A stretch of DNA of 63,143 nt, the filler included, from Reticulomyxa filosa (lineage: Eukaryota; Protista; Foraminifera): assembly GCA_000512085.1 (NCBI GenBank). It is 15 parts of 15 records of this genome, joined end to end, with 100 filler letters (N's around TTAATTAATTAA, not from the genome) between each part and the next. Parts side by side here need not be neighbours in the genome. Positions count along the whole stretch, not along the records: positions 1 to 9,663 come from ASPP01019654.1; positions 9,764 to 15,411 come from ASPP01014485.1; 13 more parts are not named here. One strand, 5' to 3'. The position numbers and the translations under genes were made by a program. This document shows, piece by piece, positions 1-11,295 of the stretch. Each line of letters begins with the position of its first letter. Positions within the stretch are counted from its first letter, which is position 1. The notes below the pieces were generated by a model. That model worked only from the letters and a program-made list of their open reading frames with translations, was not told the origin of the DNA and made no database searches.

Positions 1-37
<37 letters not shown>

Positions 38-66
38 TATTTGCTTGATTAACCATATATTAATTT

Positions 67-460
67 TTAAAAATAGAACTCTTTCGTATAAGCAGCAAGT
101 GAATTAAAATAATAATAAGGAGAGACTTCGAGGGAAAATTGTGCCATAAAAAGGGCTAAGCATGAGTTACTATTTGCTGCCAAGTAAAATACAAAAGGTA
201 TCATCCAAGAAAATGGAAGTATCAGTAAAAAGCACGCGATTTTCATGTGTATATAAGCTGACTCACAATATTTTCTTACAAATGTTACACAATATGCCAG
301 TTGTGTCATTAATATTATTGCCAAGCTTAAATAATAAAATGTTAGTCTCTTTTTTTCATAGAATTCTATCAATATGTACAAATCAATTATAAAATTCGCT
401 ATATTTATTGCTATATTCGTAATATCGTACACCTTGTCCCACAGCGTGTCTTCTTTTTTT
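67..460 (-). CDS. Internal exon of a multi-pass membrane protein, possibly XK-related family (partial)
   Basis: Hydrophobic helices with a D-x3-D-like N-terminal pattern (VYDITNIAINIANFIIDLYILIEFY...FYYLSLAIIL); the gene runs off the contig end. Confidence 0.35.
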
Positions 461-2044
461 ATTTTTCGGCAAGATTAAGGTAAAATATAAAACAAAAAAA
501 AAAAACACATTTTCTTTTGAATACCCTCATTGGACATTCTTCAAAGCTGCTGTAATCGATCTATCTGTAATATTAAAATCCCTTCCTTTTTTTTTTGAAA
601 AAAGGACCTTTTCACATGGTTCAGTACATTTTATATTATAAACGATGTGTTTAAAGAAATTGAAATTCTACAAGATTACAATTTAGACTTCGATTTTTGT
701 TTTGCAACAAGTTATAATTTTCTTTTCTGTCACGTTAGTTCACTAATATATCAAGAAAAGGGCAGATATTGGATTTACATATATTTCTTGCAAGTCAACA
801 GTCGTTTAAGCTGTTAGAGAAAAAAGGGAAATCTCTAGGAGTGAAAAATAGAATAAAAGAAGCTTAAGAAATGAATAACTTCTTTAATCAAAAGATAAAT
901 CAATGCAAGTTCAGTGTATAGATTTATGCACACGTTTTTTTGTTATTATTCTTTTCTTTTTTTATTCAGTAACAAAAACTGTACACAACACTATCATTTT
1001 TTGAAATATATATTTGCACAATGAGTTAAACACGATACGGAAAAAAATTTTTGTAGCCTTGAGAATATTGTCTGTTTCTTCTGGTTCAGTTTCTCTAAAC
1101 ACAATGTTTTTCATTGATGTCCATTCGTAGTAACTTTTTTCAATAAATCAAAATGTGATATCATCATCTAACAATCTTCAAATTTTGTACAGTCGCTTCC
1201 GCATAAAAGTCTACATCTTTTCAAAAGTAACTGCAACGTTTTATAAAGTAAATATTGAAAAAAGTATATTTGTTTCAACTTTGGTAACAAAACAAAAACT
1301 TAAATGAAGTTTACTTACAAACAAGCAATTAAATTTTTTACCACTTTGTTTCGCTAGCAATTGTTGTTACTACATCAAACACTTTGTATTCTTCCAAATG
1401 ATGTTTTTATATTCTAGTCTTGTTTCTCTAAAATAAGAAATAAATTTTAAATCAATTAAAAATTAAATTCTTTATATATCGGTGGAACATTCTTCGAACG
1501 CTTGAATTTGACTTCTGATAACATATGTCGCAATTACATTATTTAGCATGATAATATTTTGTATAATATGAAGAGAATTTCACCTGAACTGTTTCATAGT
1601 GATGTTCTTTTAATATTAAAAAGCTATTTTCAAAAGACATTACAATACAAAGTGTAGTATTTGACTTGCAAAAGATAAGTTTGGAAGAATAAAAGAACTT
1701 TCCATTTTTATTGAATTTCAAAGTAAAAAACTTTTAACGTATCTTGAGCTCTTTGGACGCCTATTGTTGATACACATATAGTATAATTCAAAAAAGACTA
1801 CTAAAAAGTGTTATAATGAGACAGTGTGAAAAGTATGATTAATTTATGAGCACGCATTTTCGAAGGAAAAAAAATTATTTACATGGAGCTTGTAAAATTT
1901 GATGAAAAAAGTTAAAATATAGGAAATTGTATGTCAACATTTTTTAGCCACTTATTTTAATCAAGGCTACTTTTACGGAGTCTTTTCAGTGGTTTTTTTT
2001 TAAAAAAAACCACCGTTTAATAAAATTCAAAGTTGTACTTAAAT

Positions 2045-5000
2045 ATGTCCTCCAGAAAAGTTTTGCAAGTTGAAGGTGGAAAAGCAACCGAAGTGACAAG
2101 ACAAAAGCTGAAAGATTATTACAAAACCCAAGACAAATTGATTACATTATTTGACGACCCTCCACAGCCGATTGAGAAGTGTTATATACGACTAGTCCTT
2201 TTGACGCAACACCAGTTTCAAGAAAGAAAAAAGCAGATGACGAGCAAGAATCGAAGCAGTGAAGAAGAACAAGGAAAAGATTGCAGACAAATAAGAAATG
2301 AGGAAGATAGAAAATGGCCAGATACACTGGATTATTCATTAATCTATAGTGGCGTACAAGAGACGATAGAGTTAGATGATATTTGGAAAATAAAAGGGGA
2401 AGACGGTGAACCAGAAGTGCGCCACATTAGTATCCGTGGCGAAGCAGGGACAGGAAAAAGTGTATTGACACAAAGAATTGCATATTTATGGGCAAATAAG
2501 CAAATGTGGAATGATCAATTTCAATGGCTGTTGCACATTCCTTTGAGAAAGATTGCGAATATTTTCGAAAAGACAAAAGAGCAGAAATAATGATGGCATT
2601 GAGGCTCAATGGTCGAGCATCATGAATGAATTGGATATTCCATATTGGGATACGAATGATACAAGATGTATTGTGTATCCAAAAGGTGGGATGTTGTTAG
2701 TGTTGGATGGATTTGATGAAATTGCAAATGAATTGCATATAAAAGCAAGTTTGAGACAGTGGTTGCAACATTGTACTGAAAGTAAAAATTATTGTGTGAT
2801 AATGACAAGTCGTCCCAATTCGATATGTCCCTATTTAGATAAGAAAGCAAGAAGATTGAATGTGATTGGCTTTCAAAAGCAGGACATTCAAAATTATGTT
2901 CGTGCGTATTTTCAAAACATTTCGAGCAATGATGACAATAGCTATGAAGCAGACAGACTGATAAAGACATTGATCAATAATCCGAGCTTACAGCTATTGA
3001 GTCACACTCCGTTGTATTTACGCTTGTTTTGCTATCTTGCAAGCCAACAAATGATCGAAATGAAAGAAGAAAGAAAGGAAGATCCAATCGAAGACAAGTC
3101 ATTTGATGAATTACATGGGATGTCTGTTTCAAAATTGTATGAGAAATTGTTGGTATGTTATATGAAATGGAACTGGATCAAACTGAATGGAACAAAAGAC
3201 AAGCCAAATGAACAGGCAATGTTCAAAATTTTTGAAATGGAAATGTATTATTTGTCACAACTTGCATGGAAAGGATTGAAATGTGGACAAGTAGTAATCT
3301 CTTCTGATATACAAGAAAAGGTGCTGAATGCGACGAAAATAAAATATCCACGCAAACATATTTCAATTACATCTCAATGGTCTCGAATTCATTCATTTGG
3401 CTTTTTACAAGGACAAGAGTCTGTTAATGTATCTTATCCCAATGATCCAGTGTATTTTCCTCATTTGACATTTCAGGAATGGCTTGCCGCTTATTATTTG
3501 AGTCATTGCTTATATGGATCAACTGGCCATAAAGAAGCGCGTTCCATTTTGATCGATGAACAACTCACTCCCAAATATTCTATTATGATACCATTTATGG
3601 CTGGGATATTATATGGTTACATTGAAAACAAAAAAGATGTTGACGGATCTGGTTTGTTATATTTTTGGAAACTGTTGCATTCCTCACTTCCTCCACTCAC
3701 TTCCAGTCATCAAATGATGTTACATATGCGCTGTCTGGATGCTTGCAAAGCAGATACAAGCAGTCCATTTCTTCCATCCCAACTTCAAACATGTCACAAG
3801 GCTCTCATCCATTTGTTCAAATCATTTCTCATTGCCTGGATCAACTTCGACAAAGAGAAGCCTACGCCTATGGCGATGGATATCGGATTGTGCATCGACC
3901 ATTCGATAGAGTGATAGAATTGCATTTACCCAATCTGAGATATGTCTTACTCCATCCAGATATACATGAATGTATCATGGAACAGCTCAGTCAATTCCAA
4001 ACGCGATTGAACAAATTCGACAAGGGTAAGTTAATTGATCGATTGAGACTATTGCCATACTTGTGTGTCTCTGCAAAGACAGCAGAAGTTATAATGGAGT
4101 ATTACCACAAAGGCTTTCAACACCAAGAAAAGTATATTCGAGACATTTATATGGATGCACTTGAAACAATAGCATTGAAAGTGAGTGAATTACAAGTGGA
4201 CAATGTGTTTGAAGTTGTGATGAATGGATTTCATGACCAGAATATATACATCCATAGGAAATGTGCTAAAGCACTTGAGAGGATATCATGGAATATGAAT
4301 GAAGGACAATTGGATACTGCTTTTAAACATTTGATAGATATATTTCGCAATGGACAAATGTCTCTTTGCGACATATGTGCAAATACACTTGGAACGATTG
4401 CAGTAAAATTGGGCGCAAAACAAGTGGATTGCACTCTAGACTATATCATGTCCGGATTGAATGATAAAGATGTCAACATTTTTGTAGCCAGTGCAATAGT
4501 CCTGAAAATGCTTGTAAGGAAATTGGATGGAAGTCAATTAAGTAATATTTTTAAGCATTTGTTGAAAGGGCTGAAGAGTACGTCTAAGCATTTTCCTTTG
4601 CAATGTGCGAAATTACTTGAAGCAATTGCAATGCAATTGAATGAAAAACAATTGGATATTGTGTTCCAATTTTTGATGGATGGATTGCAAGACAGACGAA
4701 AGGTTATTCGTCGATGCTGTGTAAAATTGCTTGGGAAGCTATCAATGAAATGGAATCAGGTGCAATTGGGCAATGCTTTCCAATGTTTGATGGATGGATT
4801 AATCGATCACAAAGACAAGTATGTGCATTGGCCACATCGGGGATCATATCAGGCTATTTTGACACAATTGAATATTATGCACTTAGATGTCGCTTTCAAC
4901 TATTTGATGAGAGGTTTGAAACATGAGAAACGACGTGTTCGCAAATTATGTGTTGACTTTTTGGCAGCAATGTCAATGAAATGGAATCAAATACAATTGG

Positions 5001-7811
5001 ATACTCTCTTCATTTGTTTGATAAAGGATATGTCCAAAGACGAACATAAATACGTTCGCTATTCATGCGCACAGGCAATTCAAAGACTTGTATTGTTGCA
5101 ATTTCGATGGAATGACAAGTCATTCCGCAATGATGTTTTCGACTATCTGATGGATGGACTCCAAGATGCAAATAAGAATTTGCAATCGTCATGTGCAGAA
5201 GCAATTGGAAAGATAGCGACGAAATTGGATAAACGACAATTGAATATCGCCGGAGGATGTTTGAAGAATAAACTCAAAGATAAGCGCGAAGATATATTAG
5301 TGCGTATGTCATGCGCGGAATCGATTGGAAGGATAGCACTGCAATTAAATGCGAAGCAATTGGATGGCATTTTGAAATGTCTGATAGACGGGACAAGTGA
5401 TAATGAAAGCAACACATTTGTGCGAAAATATTGTGCATGCTCGCTCGAAAGATTGCTAACGCGATGGACTAAAACAGATCTAACAAAACATGTTCGTAGG
5501 CTGTTTGGTGAATCACCCGAAACGATACTAACGAAATGTAAGGAAAAACAATTTGATAATACCATTAACGGCTTGGTCCAGGGATTCGAAGAAAAAGATG
5601 AAGGTATTCGTCATCATTGTGTGGAGTCACTTGCATACCTATTGACAAACTTGCATGGCAAACAATTGGATAATGGGTTTCGTCGTCTAATGAAGGGACT
5701 TGATGCTGGGAATTGGTACTGTGCCGAAACGATCCGAAGAATAGCGCTGCAATTGGATGCAACACAATTGAAGGATTTGCTTCATCGCTTGGAATATGGA
5801 TTCCATGAAAAAGATTATTTGGTCCGAAATTCATGTGCAGAAATATTGCGAACCATATCCGCGCAATTGGATCAACGACAGATGGCCAGCACATTCAAAG
5901 TGTTCATACATGGATTCAACAATGCAAAAGGCAACATTCGCAATTCTTGTGCAAAGGCGCTGGTAACCATTATTATGAGATTGGACGACGAGCAATTGTG
6001 GGAATTGATGCAGAATTTTTTGCAAAGTTTGAAAGTGAGCGATTGGGAGATACGCAAATATGTAAATCAGAAAGCTTTGGAAATATCAGACGATATGTGG
6101 CAACGTGTCACAATGGCCGCATTGAAAGAAAACATTCGAATGAAAAGGGAAAAGAATAGCAGTCAAATGGAACTATTGGCATTTGGTTTGCTAACTTATA
6201 ATCCTCGTATTCAATTCCATTGCAATGATTCCTATGATCATGAAAATATTATCACTCCGGATGCGATCGATGGATTGAGGGGCTGTTGCAATAAACAGGC
6301 CATGGAATGGAATTTTCCAACTCAACAAAAATGGAGTGATCATGATACTTTACAAATTAAGTTAACATTACAAGATTCAAATGATAATGAACATAACGAG
6401 CGCTATGCGACTGTTCATGAGGCAGCAAAATTGGGTGACATATCACGACTGAAATCTGCATTGGAATGCTATTGCATTGACATCAATGATACATTTAATA
6501 AACATGGACAAGCCCTATTGCATGTAGCGATCTACAACAGTCAATGGAATGTTGCTCGCTACTGCATTGAACGCGGTGCGTGGATTGATGTCAGAGGGGT
6601 TGCCCCGAATGCGACCGCTCTACAAACTCCTTTGGAATATATCATTGGACTTATGAATGATAACAAGACGACGAAAAATTTGGTAGAAATGTGCAAATGG
6701 ATATTGAGGAAACGAGTGATATTTCCAATGAGACAAATTGAATATGCTATTGATTATGTCAAGGATAGATTAATGGAAAGTTATGTCGGTCAATCCATTA
6801 ATCTTGAAGATTATAAGACGTTGATGCAAGAAGGTGCAAGTTTCTTGTTGGGAGTGCATCAAGGACAATTGCAAAAGATGTTGATCAACTGTAATTTACA
6901 CTATTGGGCCACAGCCCGAAATGTTACGTTAATTAAAACAGAAAATTCCAACAAAAAAAGATTTGATGAAGGATGGTACCCAATACAATTCTTAAGATAT
7001 CGAATATTTTTGTTGTTTGAAATATGTGTGCGATTGAAACGAGAAGGAAGAACTTTCATTGAATTACCAAAGAATACAACATTTGAACAATTGTATGAAA
7101 AGGGAACTAAAGAATTACAAGTGCAATTGACAACATATTGGGATCACATCACGGCCACAAAGATACAAAACAAGTGCCCAGAGTTACTTGATGACTGGAG
7201 TTGTAATGTGGTTGATCGTTTAGTTCGTTTAAAACCAACGTCGTTCAATAATAATTGTTGTGAAATGAGCTTAATGGTCGGTCATAAAAGCCATTCTATT
7301 TATTTGAGTTTGTGTAAAACGTCCTCTTTTATTTTAGTGCGGATTGATAATCGATGGATGCAAACTGTACCGTCCAATACTCCTCATCCAAGCATGACTA
7401 CAACAAAGGACAATAATTTTAAATTGATACAACCTTATGTGGCTGCATACTTCCCATGTAATAGCGTAAATATCAGTCAAAATAAGAAATGGTTGAAAGA
7501 TTATATCAAAAAGGCATCAAAATTGAAAAATAGCAAACATAAACAGAGCATGGCACATTTGTATTGTAGCAATACTCAATCCCCAAAAACATATTCCTCC
7601 TCGTGAGGGAAGTTTACCATCGATCGCAAAAGATTGGCCATATCGTCCAGTGCAAACCGATGCAAACAATTGTTATTTGCGGGGACATAATGTCGGATAT
7701 CGAATTCGTTTGGGCGGTGATGGCGCTTATGAATGGTTTCGTGATCAGGAAGGCAAAAGCTTTGTGTTCAATAGGAGCCATCACAACAAAGGCATCAACA
7801 AAAAAGATTAA
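2045..7811 (+). CDS. NLR-like STAND NTPase: NACHT + HEAT repeats + ankyrin repeats + putative C-terminal cysteine-protease-like domain; intronless, three frameshifts (pseudogene or sequencing errors)
   Basis: Walker A GEAGTGKS (2438-2461), Walker B LLVLDGFDE, VIMTSRP, PLYL and winged-helix FPHLTFQEWLAAYYL; ~40-aa HEAT units; ankyrin motifs VHEAAKLG and LLHVAIYN; frame changes near 2585, 3855 and 7585. Confidence 0.88.
4080..6100 (+). repeat. Coding HEAT-repeat array (~40 aa per unit)
   Basis: Recurring LDxxFxxLMxGLxDxxxxVRxxCAxxLxxI units. Confidence 0.85.
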
Positions 7812-8274
7812 TTAAAATTAACTAAGACAATACAAATAAATCCTAAAAAGGAGAAATGTCACAATGCAATACATATGTATTTTTATTCTCATTTTCTCGA
7901 ATGGAAATCTTAGAGGAAAAGAATAAATTACTTCATTAACTTATCTTTTCAAATGTTTTCATTTTTAAATTATGTTTTTGATTTTGTTATCACATAAAAA
8001 TTTTTCAATCAGTCTAAAGTGTAAAATTTGTACATCCTAATTTTCGTTCCAAATAACAAAAAATTTAACTGAGAATGAGATAATTTTTTTATTATTATAT
8101 CATGGTCAAAGCTGGTCGCCAATCTTATATTCATATGCGCCACCCCAGAAAATGTTCTTTATTTGTGTAATATTATGAAATCGAAAACAAAAACAAAGTG
8201 AATTAAATATCCTAATTTCTTATCTATCCCTTTGCAAAATTTTGCAAGCACCACATGCATAAGGCGATGAAATA

Positions 8275-8402
8275 CAGTATGTTGCAAAGAAAACTGAACG
8301 CCTAAAACGATATCTTATGCTGATAATTGATTTTCTCCATGAAAAATCAATTATCATCATAAGATATCGTTTTAGGCGTTCAGTTTTTTTTGCAACCTAC
8401 TG
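8275..8402. mobile_element. Palindromic MITE, Tc1/mariner-type
   Basis: 128-bp near-perfect inverted repeat with CAGT...ACTG termini, flanked by TA on both sides (8273-8274, 8403-8404). Confidence 0.8.
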
Positions 8403-8690
8403 TACTTTTAATCATACTAACTTGTCTATGACTTGGACACGATAAAATACTGCATGTAAGAAAATTGTATGTCCTTCCTTTTTTATTCCAGATCTACTCT
8501 TCTTAAACTTTTGTAGATTGAAAGCACTTTTTTGTTTGAACTTTAAAAATGTATCGAATGCAGTTTGATAAAGAAGCTGATATGTGTTTTTATTAGTTTT
8601 CTTTTAATGTTTCGCTTAACATTACTCACGAACATAGTTTTCATTTTTATTGATGCTTTGTAAAGCATTAAAAAATAGTTTCTGTAATTT

Positions 8691-9626
8691 TCACCTCCAA
8701 ATCTGGATTGTTCGGTCATAAGATGACGACACAATAGTATTCCCATCTGCCGAAATATCTATGGCTGTTACACCTTCAGAATGTCCAATTAATCTCTGTA
8801 TTTCCCGCCCTGATTCAATATTCCATATCCGAATTGTTTTATCCCATGAGCTGGACACAATAGTTTGACCATCACATAAATATTTTACATCGCTCACAAA
8901 ATTTAAATGTCCCTTTATTTGTTTTACTTCTTTTCCCAACGTTACGTCCCATATGCGGATAATATTATCTTTTGAACAAGAAACAATAGATTGACCATCT
9001 GGAGAAAAGTGTATCTTTTGCACGGCATTCCAATGTCCCTTCCATTCATTTATTTTTTTTTTGGACTCCACATCCCAAATAATAATAGTGCCATCAAAAA
9101 CTGACGCCAGAGTTTGACCATTTGGTGAAAATTGTATGTCATAGGGCTCACCGTGATATTCCCATAGTTGTTTTACCGACATCTCGGATTCCACATCCCA
9201 CAATCGAATTGTGTTATCACATGAAATTGATACTATTTGTTTTCCATTTGGTGAAAATCTAATCCCACTTATTGCTTCTAAATGTCCTCTGAATTCTCTT
9301 ATTATTTCTAGTGTGTCTAAATCACACAATTGAATTCTATCCCTTATGCAAAGGGCAATCATCTTGCCATCTGGTGAAAATTGTCCCCCAAAAATTCCAA
9401 TGCCATAATGTCCAAAAGAATGGATACAATGTCCTGACTCAATGTCCCATATGCAAATTGTGTGATCATCCGATGAAGAAACAGCCATTGTGGCATCTGG
9501 TGATAATCTTATACTCCTTACCACATTAGAATGCCCTCTCAAAATTTTCAATGATTGCAAATAACGTATCTTTATGTCCTCAATGTAAACGCATGGATTC
9601 ATTGCGTTAAAGGAATAATACAACAC
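8691..9626 (-). CDS. WD40-repeat protein (5' part lost at the contig end)
   Basis: About 7 GH...WD repeats, e.g. GHSNVVRSIRLSPD...TICIWD and GHLEAISGIRFSPNG...TIRLWD. Confidence 0.92.
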   Translation of the reverse strand: MLYYSFNAMNPCVYIEDIKIRYLQSLKILRGHSNVVRSIRLSPDATMAVSSSDDHTICIWDIESGHCIHSFGHYGIGIFGGQFSPDGKMIALCIRDRIQLCDLDTLEIIREFRGHLEAISGIRFSPNGKQIVSISCDNTIRLWDVESEMSVKQLWEYHGEPYDIQFSPNGQTLASVFDGTIIIWDVESKKKINEWKGHWNAVQKIHFSPDGQSIVSCSKDNIIRIWDVTLGKEVKQIKGHLNFVSDVKYLCDGQTIVSSSWDKTIRIWNIESGREIQRLIGHSEGVTAIDISADGNTIVSSSYDRTIQIWR

Positions 9627-9663
9627 ATTTGTCTCATTTCGGACTCAGAAAAAAAAAAAAAAA

Positions 9664-9763
9664 NNNNNNNNNNNNNNNNNNNNNNNNNNNNNNNNNNNNN
9701 NNNNNNNTTAATTAATTAANNNNNNNNNNNNNNNNNNNNNNNNNNNNNNNNNNNNNNNNNNNN
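9664..9763. other. Artificial contig linker N44-TTAATTAATTAA-N44; also at 15412-15511, 21843-21942, 23889-23988, 26197-26296, 30754-30853, 33324-33423, 35654-35753, 37582-37681, 38865-38964, 41305-41404, 47462-47561, 52306-52405 and 53643-53742
   Basis: Identical 100-nt spacer with stops in all six frames, repeated 14 times. Confidence 0.98.
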
Positions 9764-9805
9764 TTGGGGATCTTGATTGTTGTACTTTTTTTTTTTTATT
9801 TTGTT

Positions 9806-11010
9806 TTATTTTATTTGAATTTGAATTTTATTAACCCTTCTTTTTTTTTTTTTTTTTACTATTACAAAAAAGGGAGGAAAAAAAAAGTATTCGTATTCAA
9901 AGTTATTCGTTTGTGTGCTTTCTTCATTCTCCTCTCCCCCTTTTTTTTTTTTTTGCTCAACTTTGGACAGAATTTCTTCCACATTCACTGTTAGTTTGTA
10001 GTCTGAACTACTACGCTGTTTCAATACTTGTTGTTCATCTCTTCGCAATGCTATATTCGTTATCCATTTCCATGCCCTCATCACCAGATTCAATACTATC
10101 TCTTTTTTTATTTATTTATTGTGTTGGTACATGCATTCTCTTCTCGTTCCGGGAAAAAAAAAAAAAAGAATGACTTGACAGATCGAAAGAACTTTTTTAA
10201 AAGTTCTTTCGATCGCACAACCTTTTGATCCTTTTTTTTTTTGTTGGTTCTTTTTTTTAAAAAGAAATTATTTACCTTGAATGGTATACGTCCTTTTTGA
10301 GGATTGGGAGTAGATGGGATCATATGTGTGTGGATGCCCCCAGACAAGTGCCACTTGTGTCATAAAGTATAAGCAAAGTAATCGAAGAATGATTGACACA
10401 GAACAATCCAATGTGTCATAGTAGACATTCCACAAGCGTGCTGTCATTTGGGTTACAATGTCCGTTGGAACGCTTACGCTTTGAGAAGCGGGTGTGGTGG
10501 TGACTGGTGGTACTGCCAAAATCGCAGCTACTGCTAGATCAATAGCAACACAGAAGAAGAGCACTTTTTTTGTTTGTTCTTTGTGTCTTTCTGTTTTTTC
10601 TTTCAATTTCAACATATCATCTGCCATAAATTCACTACCCAATTCGTCTTTTTTTTTTCCTTGTTCTTCTTATTTTTGTCTTTTTTTTCTTTCTTCTCTT
10701 TTTTTTCCTCTCCTTTCTTGTTCTTTTCTTTTTTGACTTCTTCCACCCTTTCTACGTTGACATCAGTCAACGAAGACGGGCTTATCATATTCAACGCGCT
10801 AAAAATCCAATCCAAGCCATTCATCTTGTTAATGTTGTATTCGTTAAGATAATAATTCCCGAGAGATAGCAGTTTTATGGCTCTCGGAGAAAGGAGGGTT
10901 TTGCGGAATTTTTCTAAAAAGTTTAAGACAGCTTTCTTTGCGCCCTTGTCGAGTACAACTTTGGGTATAAGAGCTTAATCGATAAGAGAACAAGCAGTGT
11001 TGAATACATA
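9806..11010 (-). CDS. Multi-exon hypothetical protein (3' end truncated)
   Basis: Coding-like blocks (VLDKGAKKAVLNFLEKFRK...NGLDWIFSAL; LWNVYYDTLD; VWGHPHTYDP; NLVMRAWKWIT) separated by A-rich introns. Confidence 0.5.
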
Positions 11011-11295
11011 AGTAATTTACGAGTAAAATGCAAAAAATTCAATTAAAAAATGATCAGATTTGTGAACAATTTATTCTCCTCAATACGATATGTTTTTTGC
11101 AGATAAGTTAGAGCTACAATAGTCACGATCCTTCCTCGAAAGACAAAAAACAAAAACGTAAAATATGATGCCAGCAGGTTAATAATTTGACTTGAAAAAC
11201 TTGTGGCCAACGAGTGATTCAGATGGCTTACTTAAAGACAACAAAACTTAAGAACAAACGGAGAAAAAAGAAGGAAAAAAAATAATGATGTTAAT

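Noticed and set aside
7603-7815. Listed 70-aa ORF as the NLR C-terminus
   Set aside because: The alternative frame 7590-7811 is open, more protein-like and carries the Q-x5-C motif
2045-9626. NLR and neighbouring WD40 gene as a functional pair
   Set aside because: Convergent eukaryotic genes, with WD40 from an apparently large family; adjacency alone is not evidence
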